A stretch of DNA of 64,000 bases from Antedon mediterranea. Taxonomy: Eukaryota; Animalia; Echinodermata. Both the position numbers and the translations under genes were made by a program. Location: assembly GCF_964355755.1 (NCBI RefSeq), contig NC_092676.1:7789888-7853887 (forward strand). The letters are read 5' to 3'. Under the pieces are notes generated by a model. That model saw only the letters and a program-made list of their open reading frames with translations. It did not search any database and had not been told where the DNA came from. Shown here piece by piece: positions 23,344-37,187 of this stretch. Within the stretch, counting starts at the first letter, position 1; every line of letters starts with the position of its first letter.

Positions 23344-25413
23344 GGGTAGTAACAAAGTGCGAGGCAGCGAGGCACGCGAGGCAGGGAAGGCATGCGAGGC
23401 AAGTCAGAAATGTATGCGAGGCATCGTTTTACCATCATCAAAAAATGCGAGGCATCATTTTATCATTTCTCAAAATTGCAAGGCAGGTAATCACCGAAAT
23501 TGAAGTAGCCTAGGCCTAGGCCCGCTAGGCTAGTTTCCTTTTGCACCTGCCTTGTATTTTAACCAACTTTATCCTGAATACCACAGCTTAGAAATTAGTA
23601 GGCCTACTTTAATGAAGAAAAATCACATAAAAGTAACAATAAATCCATTAAATTGGTGATTTTACAGACGTTGTTTTTCTCGCATTTCGCACACTCAATG
23701 TTCAATATTTTGGTTTCTATGAAACGCCAAAAGAGCAAAATTAATTAGAGGGCTAAAAACTCTGTGGAATCCATTTATATTTAACGCATTATTTGGTGAA
23801 AATCAAGTACAATTTCAATAGATTTTGTCACTGTCAGTAAGGAAAAATGTTACTGTTGATAATCTACACGGTTTCGTTAACCTTTTAAAGAATAAAATAG
23901 AAAAATTCATCATAATATCCTTAGTAGGATGTCCTAGGTCTAGACTAGGTAGTGATGTTGATTTAGGATCGATTATTATTCTTTGAAGAAAACAGAACAG
24001 TATCAGCAGTAACATATTACAACATTTTTATTGACAAATTAACAAATATATTGAAATAAAACGTGTTTTTCACCAATAAATGCATGAGAAATTGACGCAT
24101 TCCACTGAGTTTTAGTCCTCTATTATCGTTGCTCTTTTGGCGCTCCATAGAAACAAATATATTGAACATTGAATAAGTGAAATTCGCGAACAGTGTGCGA
24201 GAAACACCCCTGTAAAATCATTAATTTAAGGATTTATTTGTTACTTTTTATGTGATTCTTTCATTAAAGTACTCATGAGGTATACTTCTAAGGTGTGGTA
24301 TTCACACGATAAAGTTAGTTATCAAATTTGGAGTAAAAATACAAGCGAAGGAAACTAGCGCCACGTTTATTAGTACGTACATGGACAACAATAAATAAAA
24401 ATCGTTCGTAATATACTTAGCTTACTAAAACAGGAATAGTGTATCATTATTAAATATTACACCAATTATTATTATATCAAAATTGATTAAATTATTTTCT
24501 ACATAGGCCTCTTATCTAGGTTAGGGCTAAGCATAATAAAAATTATTAGCTAAAGTTTAATTTTAGGCCTAGTATTACAATTGTCGGACGTAAGTCTTTT
24601 TTCACACGCGCTCCAGAATTCTGTCGCAATTTTTTTCTTTGCGGCATGTTATTGGATCGGCATATCAATTACCTTTTATTCACCGCCAGTTATTGAACTT
24701 GTCCTGGCAATCGCTGTTCACCTTATTTGCGAGAGAGGTACACGTGTTGTTCCTAGAGAATGGAATGTCAAAAATGTCTTTGGCACGCCGCTCAGAGAGA
24801 AGTCTGTGCGTTGCTGCTGCTGAAACCACGTGCTATAGTAGGGGAATGCACCACAATCCTCTGAGCTGAGGGCTGAATCATTCCGCTACCTGCTAAATAG
24901 TAAAGAGGGATTTTCCATCTCTCGGGTCTACCGGATCTAGGCGCAGGGGTGTGACAAAATATTATTTTCACTCTGCTATGTTCGAGAGACATGTGAGTGA
25001 ACACGCTCGAAATGCCAACAAACATTGCAGTCATTTGATGAGTGTGTCGCTATAACAATTATTGTTTATCGAAGAAGACTGTCGTTCAGATTTTTTAACC
25101 GTAGTTTGGGCACTTTTGTAAAAGTAAAATTTGACACGATATGACTTGAATGAAAAAACAATCGTTACATAAAAATAAACAACATGATGAGTGTATACAC
25201 AAATCTATTTAGATACGCTTGTATCGATTGATTATTAGGCCTATAATATAGCATAATAGCACGTTAAGATATGCCTCGCACCTTTTTGAAATTGTAAACT
25301 ATATGCCTCGCATGCCTCGCACTTTTGGAAAGGATAAAATGATGCCTCGCACAAATATTTGGCATGCCGCGCATGCCTCGCTTGCCTCGCTGCCTCGCAC
25401 TTTGTCAACACTC
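23344..25413. mobile_element. MULE/Mutator-like non-autonomous element
   Basis: 9-bp duplication GCCTTACAT (23335-23343 and 25414-25422); inverted ends with GCGAGGCA repeats; internal inverted repeat about 23530-23800 vs 24060-24360. Confidence 0.75.
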
Positions 25414-28400
25414 GCCTTACATCACAGTACAAAAAACATAACTCCAAAGGAATGTAAACTAACTGAATGAAAAATGACATTATGTAAACTAGGAGCACAT
25501 CAGATGTTGTAAGGTATTGAAATGTGTTGAACCCAAGGTCTTTATTTCACTACAGTACAGCATACTGTAAAAATACTATTGTTGTACCACAAGGACAAAA
25601 GAATAGAACAGACCATGGAACTGATTTAGACAAAAGGGAGTTAATCTTTGATGGTCATGTCCACTATTATTATAATTAATACACTGTGTAATCAATAGAC
25701 TTGTAAATAACATGAACAAATAGTGGATTGTTATTATTAGTCTCATTAGGCTAAATAATATTCTTATCTAGTGAATTCAGTAATGATGACACCATAAAAA
25801 AACCTCTTAACACAATTTCAAAGACAATGTGCCGTGCAGCTGTATATGCATTTTGACTTTGAACTTTTTATGATTTAAATTTTAAAATAACTATTAACAA
25901 CAATTATTTTAACAATAAATATTAATATTCTAAATCTAAGAATAAATTTTAAAGATATATTGTCCCCTGAACAAATTATTTTTTAATTAATATTTTTGTT
26001 GAATATGCCATTTTAATGTCATATAGTTATTCACTTTGACTACGGAAGAGATTAACTTTTATTAAAACAAAACAAAAATTATTAATCTTCATTTTTCACA
26101 GTTTGTTCAAAGCTGAAATAACATAGAAACTGGGTTATTCCATGTAATATTCTATTTATTGAATATCAATTTTGACCTTACCTTAATATGACCTTGAGTT
26201 CTGTTTTGTAGTTGTAAATCAAATATAAGTCTCTGTTCTTACCTTTTTACATACCCATTGTAATTTTAGATGATGGAGAACAGGAAAGGAAATGAAGTGT
26301 GCAAACTTACTTACTAGGAAGAAATATGATGAAGTCCTCTCAATTATTTTAGAATATGGAGAATATACCCAAGCAAATAATAATAATAATGGTAGACTTA
26401 CATAGCGCCTAAAATACAATGTTTAAGTTTATGTCCAAGTGCAAATCCATCACAAAATATCATAGATAACAAAAAAAAAAGAAGAAAAGCAGAGGAACCA
26501 TTTACACTGCTCCATTCTCTGGCACTGAAGCTCTCATGAGAGCTCGTCAGAACAGTATTAACAGGAACTCAAGTTGAAAAGGCAAACTTTACTTTGTAGG
26601 AATATACTGTAAAGAGCATTGATGGTGGATTTGGTGTTAAAATCCACATTTAATTTTGATAGGAAGTCTGTTCAGTCTTATACACAGGCTTAAAATCATA
26701 ATTTTCTATGGAGGACAGAGGAAGATTTCAATTATCAGGACTACACATGCAAGGACAAAGAAAGCTTGAATACTTACACTTGGCAGAATATTAAGATGGT
26801 TGCTGATATAATATCTGTCGTTCCTCTAACATCTACATTTGGCCAATGGCTACAAATCACCTTGCTAAATCCACTTGGTATTAAATCCCTCAGCAATAGC
26901 TAACACTTGCTTAATCTGCTTTTAATCTGAAAAGAATAATTTTTAAAAGAACTTAGAACCATAAAAACAGAATTAAAAAGATTACCTGAACTTGACATAA
27001 TTCTAAAGTTATTTACAATTTGACTGAGTAAATATAGCTAGAGTTTGTGTAATAATCTGTTACAGTACGTGGATTTCTTCAAGTAAAATCTCTTGCCTTT
27101 TGATAGAGTGCAGAAGTACGTAAGCACTGCCCTAAGCAATCTACACTATACAACAGTAGACACAGAATAATTAGGATTTGACATTTAAATCAAACAAATG
27201 ATGAGTAATTAACTTTAAGAGGCAATTTATTACTAGACTATGATAAAAGTTCAATGCTCTGGTGAATAAAACTTTGCTATTAATAATTGTCTGTAATATT
27301 AATAATAATAATTGTACAATAAAATATCATTTTGTAAATTTCTAGTTAAAATCTCTTTCTCCCATATCCATAAGATATTTGTTTTATACTGTTAAAATGA
27401 TATTTTATGATAGATTTATTGTAGAATAACAGAAAACATAACTATTAATTAAGATGCAATACTGCATTTCAATCAATGTAACGAAATAAATTTTAAAATA
27501 TATTTTACTCTAAAGAGGTAAACATTGCTGAGAGGGAATTTAGTAGTCCCTTTTATAGTTAGTTATTAGTCCCAATAGAAGACAACTTAAACCATCTTCA
27601 CTACATTGGAATTCTACATTTTTTTTAACAGTTGTAATTTGTTTCCAATTTGATAAATGAAATTACACCTTACAGTGAAATAGTACTGTACTTACATTGC
27701 AATATAAAACTTAAATTGCTATTGTCTATTGTCAGATAGAATCCAGGTACTACAGTAAAGTAGTATAAAGTAACACACATCTAAAGCGTCTGATCTTTAG
27801 TCACCGAGTGATTCAACCTATTCTCCAAAAATTCCCAAGAGTTCTCACAGAATTTAAAAGCCCACAACAAATTTCTCGCTTTTTTTATTCCAAAGAATAC
27901 CATAAAGATGCAAAACTATGAGATATTGTTTCTTATTCTTTCTTAAGCAAACAACCTTTTACTCCAGAATACAAAGAAAACAAAAGATGTTGAAAAAACA
28001 AGTTTAACACACAAGTACACTCGAATAGAGTATCAAACACTACCATGACGCCGAGGGAGGAGTGGAAACATTGAAATAATTGTTTTTTTTAAATCATAAC
28101 TTTGTTTTACTGTTTTTCTATTGTTTGAAATATTAAAGAATTTAATAAAATAACTATTAAGCCTTATTTATGATCATTGTTGTGAAAACGACAACACAGC
28201 AATTACATAAAGGGAAGAATAAGATTATTTATTCTTGAGTGAAGAAGGATAGTGAAGTTGTGTAACAATGTGGTTCAAGTTACCAATTTGTTTCAGGTTT
28301 TTTTTCATGAGTGCAGAGATTTGAGAGGCTGCTTAGACTCTAAATAGTACCTTTTTCTTTTAAGGTCTTTTTCTAGTTAAATAATCTCAACCTTCTTCCT

Positions 28401-31251
28401 CCCCATAATTTAGGATTGATTCAAATAAAAACTGACTGTATACACACTGTTATACAGTGGTTCTAGTCTGTGTCTCAACAAAGATAAATATTTTGGCACA
28501 TATTGCGTTTCATATGCATAATACTTGAGCTCGTTTCCCAACGAAATGCCAACACCAACTGGTGGAATAAAATGAAAAAGACAAATTGAAGACAGACTTG
28601 AGGCAAATCTACTGTATACCTATTGTAGCATCATCATCTACAGTACTTGCAGGATACCCCCAGTCCAAAATGTTATGACTGAAGACTAAATATGCTATAG
28701 AAATCAAAACAGGCTTCTTAGCAGATTTAGTTCAGATCTTTAGTACTACTTCAGAACTACTGTATAAAGAGTCTGCTCATTAGATTAATTATTTTGTTTC
28801 AAAGCTAAGAGAATTTTGACAAAGTAGTAGTTACCTTTTGCTGTGGTTTTACAGTATACCATACTGTAGGCCTACAATATACAAGTATCAGCTCAAGGAA
28901 CAGAACTGTACAGTATTATGCAAAATACTAAAACTGTATGTTTTTAAAGTATGATGTTTGAATTTCATTGTGTTTTTGTCCATAGAGCAAAGAAACTATG
29001 ATTTTTCAGACCAGGGAAGGGTGAAATCAGACACAGTTGGCAATGACAATGAAGAAAAACCTGGTAAATATATACAATTTACACAGTCATTATCAAGATA
29101 GTCAAGTCAATACAAATTTAGACAATGTTCATTCAGTAGCTGTTTACTTTGAAGTGGACTGCAGCGGTACTGGTTGTACATCGCCAGTAATGTTTGTACG
29201 GTTCATGCAAATTGTATTGACTAAAAGTAAATAAATGGCTGCGTTTCGGCTTCTCACAACTGACACTGACTATGAATCAATAGAATGGGTTCACTCAACC
29301 ACAAAAGCTTTTCTAAATACTTTACTAGTGTACGGCTATCTTTTTGCTGTTGTTTAGCATCTGTCCCATTAGGTTTTAACTATACAAAAGTTACTTATTT
29401 TAAAACAGGAAATTCACTACTAATACTATTATAGCATTATGGTTTTAACTTTACTCCATTCATCAAGTTTAGTATTGTCGAGGACAGAACATTTTCATTA
29501 ATAAAATGTTACCATTTAGGCCTACACAATACTGTACTACTTTTTGTAGAATTTGTATTGCTTTCTTGTGCATAAATTGTGAATACTATTTTTATAGTAT
29601 AGTTTAGAAAATTGTACACAAATACTGTATATCAGATTGAAATTCTTTTACAATTTTTTGCTGAGAGAAAATAGCTAAAAATTACCAAATCCTTGAAGAC
29701 TTTCTTTAATATAGGATCATATATTTAAACAGGAAGTTATTAAATTAAATAAATTCTAACAGAATTTTTTGAATTCAAAGCGATCCAACTAAAGAAGTAA
29801 AATATCTAAATCTAAAATAATATTTTAGATTGGTTTCAAATCTATACATATCTGATACCATCTTTCTTAAGCACCCATAAAGAAGATCATTTCCAGTGGC
29901 TGGGCTTAAACCAAAGCTTTGTTTCTAATGATAGGCAATCCTTGGCTCTGATATAAATTAGGCTTTGTTTCAGCCGAGGTCTTTCTCGTTTTATTTTAAG
30001 CCAATTGAAACTGATCTTTTGTAAGCAATCAGACGGACATGTTTGATCAGGAATCATGTTACAAAGACCTTAAGTTGAAGGAATATATCTGATAGTAGCG
30101 CCTTTATAAATATAGTGTTACTGTGGTGTAGCCAAATGTGTAGATTCAGATGGGAACACTGAACAGTACTATAAAGTTAAACACTTAGGTTATATAATAT
30201 AAACTTGAGAACTTTGGTATACAAGCGCCTTGACTTAAATATTAGTGTACTGTGGATTCAGATGCGGACACTGACGAGTACTGTAAAATTAAAAACTGTT
30301 TTTAATGTTATTTTTAATAGCAAGCTGTAGTTGTGCTAGACAGGTTATATAATATAATAATATAAACTTGAGAACATGGTATACTGTAGTAATAGGGCCT
30401 TGTTTTAAATATTGGTGTTACTGTGGTGTAGCCAATGTGTAGATTCAGAATGATGCGGAACAGAAGAATACTGTGAAGATAAATTTGTTTAGCAAGCTTT
30501 AGTTGTGCTGGACAGCAGGTGTCGAGCCTACTAAAAGTCACATAATCCAAGTTTTAATTTCACCACTAATGACATAAGGCAGGGGGAAAGGCCCCTGTTT
30601 AGCACTCATAAGAACCCTCCAACACTGGGTAGTTGCATTGGGGCTGCCCATGCTCTGGGGTTTAGCCAGTGAGTGCTCATAGCCATTTACACCACTGTCT
30701 AGGCCAACGATGCTGCAATGGAGGACCTACATTTTAATATAAGCATTAAATTATGGGATACACCGTAATAAAGATGAAGAAATAAATTGACATAGATAAT
30801 CTGAGGTGGAAATCAAAGGGCAATGTAAAATAACATTAATGTCTAGATACTGTAGAGTATACGACCATAATGAATATCTAAGTAGGCCTACTGTAATTAC
30901 CAAGCTCAATTGAATGTTATCATCAGCAGATCATCAACAAATGATATTTATTTAGAAGATTGAATAGAGATACCTTTATTTACAACTGGTTGTGCAAGAA
31001 AGCAAAATAAATAGTGTGTCATACAGTACCACATAATGTTTTTTATTCAATAAACATGCAGGATATAAATCATAAATAGGTACTGTATGATTAAACATGT
31101 GATGTATGATAAAAGTTTAAGAGCACATGAAAACATTTTGTGGAATGTGGTCTACAGTATATAGATACGTGTCATAATGTACAAGAAGATCTAAAGGAGG
31201 GAAAAGGAATATTAATATTGGAAGAGAAGGGGGAAGGTGAAAGAGAGTTAA

Positions 31252-32159
31252 AGACACCTTCTCTACGTTTTTTAGATCTAACTTAAGATCACAAACTATG
31301 TTTAATGTAAAATTAAAACTATATGGTCCTATTGCGATAACTTTTTTCATCTTTAAATGGTTAAAAATGTGAAAAATAAGTCGATTATAATAATTATAGC
31401 GGCCCGCTATAAATCCCAAAAATGCATTGCGCGCGGATTGATATTTTTGTTTTTCTTCTGTAATTCACCCACTTTTCGATCGATAGTGAGGCCAAAACAA
31501 ATGGAAGACTCCTAACTTTTCACTGAAAATACCGGGTTTTCTGGCAAAAATATAAAGACAATTAATGCAGCAACTATACAACGTCAGGCTAGGTATATAG
31601 CTAACGTACCTGCCAAAATTGATACAGTGTTCAGAAACCATCAATCAATTCAAAAGAAATATCAGGAAACATCTCAAAGAGGTTATGCTTGAAAGATTAT
31701 AATTTATATTTATATTGTTACTACATGTGTTATTGTTTATTGTAAATGTTTATTCTTATGGTGTTTTTATCCTTAAGGGCCACAATGGAAATAAGTTTGA
31801 CCTTTGGTTACTTTTTTGTGTTACCCTGAATTCATTCTTTGTATTTTTTTTTATGTTGTGTTATTTTATGAATTCGAATAAAGAAATGAAAAATGAAATG
31901 AAAAGTACAATGTTCGTAAGTTACCGATGTTTACCAGCTAGGCCTACAAAACTAAGCCTAGCTAGGCTAGGCCTAAAGACCGTCCACAAGAGGTCATTCG
32001 CCGCAAGCTACTTACCGGTAGGTAGTGCATTGTTTCTCACTTTTTATCATAATTTACCATAAAACGTACATTTACGACAAGGAATGACCTGGTTTAATGT
32101 TTTTAAAGTAATATATTTATTATTTCTACAAAACGTCACAAATTGTAGGGAAGGTGTCT
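31252..32159. mobile_element. Second Kolobok-like copy containing a LINE 3' fragment (about 31610-31905)
   Basis: Same TIRs and internal sequence as 16394-17180. The LINE tail reads LPKLIQCSETINQFKRNIRKHL then (TGAAA)n. A third, related deleted copy is at about 13272-13547. Confidence 0.75.
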
Positions 32160-32172
32160 TTGTTCTTGGATC

Positions 32173-32610
32173 TGTAGCAGACCTACCACATAGCTTTTAA
32201 ACAATTCAACATTTACTTTTAATTTGATTATTTATACATCCTCTATATATCTCTTTATTTAACCTCACATTGACAGGTTACCTTCCTGTTACCTTCAATT
32301 TTCTAGCTAATGGATTTTAAGAATGTTAATGACTCTAACAGAAAACCACATTAATTCTCTTAATCCTAATTGGTCAGATGAGATGGGCCAAGCCCAATAT
32401 TACCATGCACTGACCACATTATTAACACACTCTTTTCTCAACCAGCATCTTAGCTACACCGTTTATTGCTCTGTCTTATCAAATATTGTATATTGTATAT
32501 TTTATCTATTTATTGAGAATCCTCACTTGATTCACTTGGAATAAATTGCATAGTTTACTGTATACATTTAGTAGTTGTTTTGTTTTACCGTTGCGCCGAC
32601 AATTACTAAA
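32173..32610 (+). repeat. 5' LTR
   Basis: Direct repeat of 36750-37187; begins TG, ends AA; contains AATAAA. Confidence 0.95.
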
Positions 32611-32650
32611 GTGGTGACCCTCGACTTTCTTATACCGAATTTAACTTAAA

Positions 32651-33583
32651 ATGGAAGGACAACAGCAACAACGACAGCTACCGCAACCTCCAGCACAACC
32701 CCAGCACCAGGAACAACCTGTGGTGCCCGCTCCTGACGCAGCAACCGTCAACAGGCCAATTTCTTCGGTAGCGTTGAAACTGCCTCCATACTGGCCCAAT
32801 GATCCGATATTGTGGTTCACCCAAGTGGAAGCACAGTTCACAACGCGTGGGATTACAGTAGATGCTACAAAATACGCTTACTTAGTCGGATCATTGCAAC
32901 CTGAAATTGCGCAGGAAGTTCGGGATCTACTTCTCAACCCGCCTACTGATAACAGGTATGTGAACTTGAAAGATACCTTAATACGTCGGACAACTGACTC
33001 CGACCAACAGCGCCTCTGCCAACTCCTGACGGCCGAGGAGTTGGGGGATAGGAAACCGTCGCAATTATACCGACGGATGTTACAACTCTTAGGCGACAGG
33101 CCACTTGAATCTTCAATTATGAAACAACTATTCTTAAGTCGCCTCCCAACTAATGTACAGCTTATCCTAGCTGCAACCAAAGATGAGTTGGACCTGGGAA
33201 GCTTGACATCATTGGCTGACAAAATTATTGAAGTATCTGTAACTGCAACTGCGCCAACAAGTGTATCGGCAGTACACACGGACAATACACCCTCCTTGTC
33301 TGCGACCCTTGAAAACCTGCAAAAACAGATTCAACAACTGTCGACGCAAGTTAATTCCTTGCAATCTGACCGACGGCACAACAGATATCAAAGTCGCAGC
33401 ACAAGTCGACATCGAAATCGATCGAGTGGTAGGCATTCATCTCCTGCTCAACCTAACAGTACCAATCGCTCAGCTCAACATTCAAACAACACTCCTCAAC
33501 TCTGTTGGTACCATGAAAAATTTGGAGTAAATGCTCGAAAATGCAATCCGCCGTGTTCGGAAAACTCCAACGCCGACAACTAA
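32651..33583 (+). CDS. gag: Gag (310 aa)
   Basis: [22 protein letters not shown]-terminal motif, [10 protein letters not shown]-terminal CWYH..FG..ARKC..PC knuckle. Confidence 0.93.
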   Translation: MEGQQQQRQLPQPPAQPQHQEQPVVPAPDAATVNRPISSVALKLPPYWPNDPILWFTQVEAQFTTRGITVDATKYAYLVGSLQPEIAQEVRDLLLNPPTDNRYVNLKDTLIRRTTDSDQQRLCQLLTAEELGDRKPSQLYRRMLQLLGDRPLESSIMKQLFLSRLPTNVQLILAATKDELDLGSLTSLADKIIEVSVTATAPTSVSAVHTDNTPSLSATLENLQKQIQQLSTQVNSLQSDRRHNRYQSRSTSRHRNRSSGRHSSPAQPNSTNRSAQHSNNTPQLCWYHEKFGVNARKCNPPCSENSNADN

Positions 33584-36500
33584 ATGCGACGAATGTTGCT
33601 GGCCGTCAATTCGTAAGTCGCCTTTTCTTTATTGTTAATCAATTATCCAAACAACGTTTCCTCATAGACACTGGGGCAGAAGTTAGCGTTGTTCCACCTA
33701 CTCGCCATGAGCGTCTACATAGGCGACAAGAGTCTACTTTGACTGCCGCAAATAATACATCTATCAACACTTATGGACATCGCTCTGTAACCTTAGACTT
33801 AGGTTTGAGACGAACATCTCAATGGTTATTTGTTGTCGCAGACGTCACACACCCCATCATAGGGGCTGATTTTTTAAGACATTTTGGACTGTTAGTCGAT
33901 ATGAATAATCGACGACTCATTGACACTACCACCAACCTGAGTATTCAAGGTGTCGCCTCCAAAACTTCGCCTCTCGGTCTTATATTTACCACTCTTGAGG
34001 CTAAGTCCAATTGGGACTACATTCTTACAAAATTCCCAAACATTACACGCCCTTGTTATCAGGAAGCGTCGCTAAAACACGATGTGACACATCATATTCA
34101 GACCCATAGTCCACCAATTTCGTCACATCCTCGACGGCTCGCACATGACCGCTGCAAAACAGCCAGACATGAATTTGAACACATGATGCAGCTTGGAATT
34201 ATACGCCCCTCTAAAAGTAACTGGGCATCACCTTTACATATGGTGCCTAAGAAAACTCCTGGGGATTGGCGTCCCTGTGGGGATTATCGAGCATTGAACA
34301 ATGCTACTGTTGCAGATCGGTATCCTATCCCGTACATGCACGATTTTACAGCATCTCTGCACGGATCCACTATATTTTCTAAGATTGATCTCGTCCGAGC
34401 TTACCATCAGATACCAGTTGAACCTGCTGATGTTCATAAAACAGCAATTACTACACCATTTGGACTTTTTGAATTTGTTAGAATGCCATTTGGCCTCCGC
34501 AATGCCGCTCAAACTTTTCAACGTTTTATTGATCAGGTAACGCGTGGATTGGATTTTTGCTACGCTTATATCGACGACCTGCTTGTTGCAAGTTCCAACG
34601 CCGAGGAACACGAAACTCATCTTCATCAACTATTCACACGTCTTAATGAGTATGGCGTTGTTCTCAACCCAGCGAAATGCCAATTTGGAGTTTCGTCACT
34701 CGAGTTTCTTGGACATCATGTTGATTCGCAAGGTGTCCGACCACTTCAAGTAAAGGTCGAAGCGATACAAAACTTTCCACAACCAACTTCTTTACGCAAA
34801 CTACGTGAATTCCTTGGACTTATTAACTTTTATAGGCGATTTATACCGCAGTGTGCCCAGATTTTACAACCTGTCACAGCTCTACTTGTTGGGGCAGGTA
34901 AGAAACAGGATCTGGTATGGACCGACGCAGCTTTATTGGGATTTAATAATATTAAAGTCGCCCTCGCAAGTGCTACACTTCTCATCCATCCGCAGCCAGA
35001 TGCACCTTTAAGTATCATGGTTGACGCTTCGGATGTGGCCATAGGGGGTATACTACAACAATGCATTGACAACAATTGGCAACCTATTTCATTTTTCTCA
35101 CAGAAGTTGAAACCAGCGCAGACGCGATACAGCACATTTGGTCGTGAACTTTTGGCGGCATACCTTTCAGTTAAACATTTTCGTCATTCACTTGAAGGAC
35201 GCTCATTTCATATTTTTACTGACCATAAGCCACTTGTGTATGCTTTACTCGCCAAACCAGATCGTCACTCGCCACGCGAAATCCGTCATCTCGATTTCAT
35301 ATCTCAATTCACAACGGACATACGCCATGTGAGTGGAAAAGCTAATGCAGCAGCTGATGCATTGTCGCGAATCGAACTTAATACTTTCAGTCACAACACA
35401 ACTAACATTGTTGATTTTAGTCTTATTGCTGCTGCACAAAAGAATGACGATGAATTGCACAAGCTACTTGAATCACCGTCTTCACTACAATTTCAAAACT
35501 TTCCAATTCCAACTTCTGACTCTACAATTCTTTGTGATATTTCCAAAGGCAATCCACGTCCATATATCCCACAAGAATTCAGACGCATAATATTTGACAC
35601 TCTACATTCGCTATCACATCCTGGTATACGAGCAACACAACGTTTAATTACTGACCGTTTCGTATGGCCAGCAATCAATCGTGATGTACGACGATGGTCT
35701 CAAACATGCATTCAATGTCAACGTTCCAAAGTACACCGGCACACCGTTTCGCCACTCTCTACTTTTTCTACACCTGACGCCCGTTTTGACCATGTACATA
35801 TAGATATTGTTGGACCTCTCCCTCCGTCAAATGGTTTTTCTTATTTACTCACTTTTATCGATCGTTTTACTCGATGGCCCGAAGCCGTACCTATTCCGGA
35901 TATCACAGCCGATACTGTCGCACACGCATTTGTCAATCGATGGATCGCTTCATTCGGAATACCTTCAACCATTACAACAGATCGAGGAAGACAATTTGAA
36001 TCTGCATTATTTCATTCACTCGCCAACTTACTAGGAACTAAGCACATTCATACAACTGCCTACCATCCTATTGCGAACGGACTTGTAGAACGTTTTCATC
36101 GACATTTGAAGGGTTCTCTCAAAGCACATAATGATCACACTAAATGGACAGAACATTTACCTATAGTACTTTTAGGCATTCGTACAGCCCTTAAGGCTGA
36201 TCTAGGTCATAGTGCAGCTGAACTTGTTTATGGCACTACTTTAAGATTACCTGGACAATTCTTTAATTCAAACTCTGAACATTGTGATTATTCTAATTAT
36301 ATTGATAGATTGCGTGATAATATGAGTAAACTACGTCCCACACCTACCCGCACCAACTCTAACCGTAAATCCTATATCAATCAAGAAATATTTAATTGTA
36401 CCCATGTTTTTGTGCGAAGGGACTCTGTTCGAAAACCCTTACAACGTCCATATGATGGTCCATTTAAGGTATTAAGTCGAACAGACAAACACTTTGTTCT

Positions 36501-36726
36501 CGATCTAAATGGTCGACAGGACACAGTCAGTATTGATCGCTTAAAGGTAGCTCATTTGGATACTGATATATTTAAAAGCCAAGAGCAAACCCTCACTCCC
36601 AAGCTACAAGCATCACCCCTAGTCAAACCAACTAACCCGTCACCCATTTTGGCAACCCCTCCCCGTACTACTCGTTCTGGTAGACATGTTCATTTCCCTC
36701 AACGTTTTGTCTCGTTCTATCATTAA
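33541..36726 (+). CDS. pol: Pol (protease-RT-RNase H-integrase), -1 frame relative to gag
   Basis: Protease LIDTGAEVS; RT YIDD and MPFGLRNA; RNase H DAS...TDHKPL; integrase HHCC, DDE core and GPF motif, in Gypsy domain order. Confidence 0.96.
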   Translation: MQSAVFGKLQRRQLNATNVAGRQFVSRLFFIVNQLSKQRFLIDTGAEVSVVPPTRHERLHRRQESTLTAANNTSINTYGHRSVTLDLGLRRTSQWLFVVADVTHPIIGADFLRHFGLLVDMNNRRLIDTTTNLSIQGVASKTSPLGLIFTTLEAKSNWDYILTKFPNITRPCYQEASLKHDVTHHIQTHSPPISSHPRRLAHDRCKTARHEFEHMMQLGIIRPSKSNWASPLHMVPKKTPGDWRPCGDYRALNNATVADRYPIPYMHDFTASLHGSTIFSKIDLVRAYHQIPVEPADVHKTAITTPFGLFEFVRMPFGLRNAAQTFQRFIDQVTRGLDFCYAYIDDLLVASSNAEEHETHLHQLFTRLNEYGVVLNPAKCQFGVSSLEFLGHHVDSQGVRPLQVKVEAIQNFPQPTSLRKLREFLGLINFYRRFIPQCAQILQPVTALLVGAGKKQDLVWTDAALLGFNNIKVALASATLLIHPQPDAPLSIMVDASDVAIGGILQQCIDNNWQPISFFSQKLKPAQTRYSTFGRELLAAYLSVKHFRHSLEGRSFHIFTDHKPLVYALLAKPDRHSPREIRHLDFISQFTTDIRHVSGKANAAADALSRIELNTFSHNTTNIVDFSLIAAAQKNDDELHKLLESPSSLQFQNFPIPTSDSTILCDISKGNPRPYIPQEFRRIIFDTLHSLSHPGIRATQRLITDRFVWPAINRDVRRWSQTCIQCQRSKVHRHTVSPLSTFSTPDARFDHVHIDIVGPLPPSNGFSYLLTFIDRFTRWPEAVPIPDITADTVAHAFVNRWIASFGIPSTITTDRGRQFESALFHSLANLLGTKHIHTTAYHPIANGLVERFHRHLKGSLKAHNDHTKWTEHLPIVLLGIRTALKADLGHSAAELVYGTTLRLPGQFFNSNSEHCDYSNYIDRLRDNMSKLRPTPTRTNSNRKSYINQEIFNCTHVFVRRDSVRKPLQRPYDGPFKVLSRTDKHFVLDLNGRQDTVSIDRLKVAHLDTDIFKSQEQTLTPKLQASPLVKPTNPSPILATPPRTTRSGRHVHFPQRFVSFYH

Positions 36727-36749
36727 TTCTTTCACTGGAAGGGGGCTCC

Positions 36750-37187
36750 TGTAGCAGACCTACCACATAGCTTTTAAACAATTCAACATTTACTTTTAAT
36801 TTGATTATTTATACATCCTCTATATATCTCTTTATTTAACCTCACATTGACAGGTTACCTTCCTGTTACCTTCAATTTTCTAGCTAATGGATTTTAAGAA
36901 TGTTAATGACTCTAACAGAAAACCACATTAATTCTCTTAATCCTAATTGGTCAGATGAGATGGGCCAAGCCCAATATTACCATGCACTGACCACATTATT
37001 AACACACTCTTTTCTCAACCAGCATCTTAGCTACACCGTTTATTGCTCTGTCTTATCAAATATTGTATATTGTATATTTTATCTATTTATTGAGAATCCT
37101 CACTTGATTCACTTGGAATAAATTGCATAGTTTACTGTATACATTTAGTAGTTGTTTTGTTTTACCGTTGCGCCGACAATTACTAAA
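36750..37187 (+). repeat. 3' LTR
   Basis: Copy of the 5' LTR, preceded by the PPT and followed by GATC. Confidence 0.95.

Larger units (their letters stand above)
32173..37187 (+). mobile_element. Full-length Ty3/Gypsy LTR retrotransposon (Mag-clade-like)
   Basis: 438-bp LTRs at 32173-32610 and 36750-37187, identical by eye; GATC target duplication; PBS TGGTGACCCTCGAC (tRNA-Trp-like); PPT GGAAGGGGG at 36737; intact gag and pol. Confidence 0.97.

Noticed and set aside
30090-30480. Degenerate three-copy tandem repeat (similar case at 22830-23200)
   Set aside because: Ordinary local duplications with no further structure.
32323-37121. 73-aa ORFs at 32323 and 36900 and antisense ORFs within gag/pol
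   Set aside because: Chance ORFs in the LTRs and shadow frames of gag/pol.
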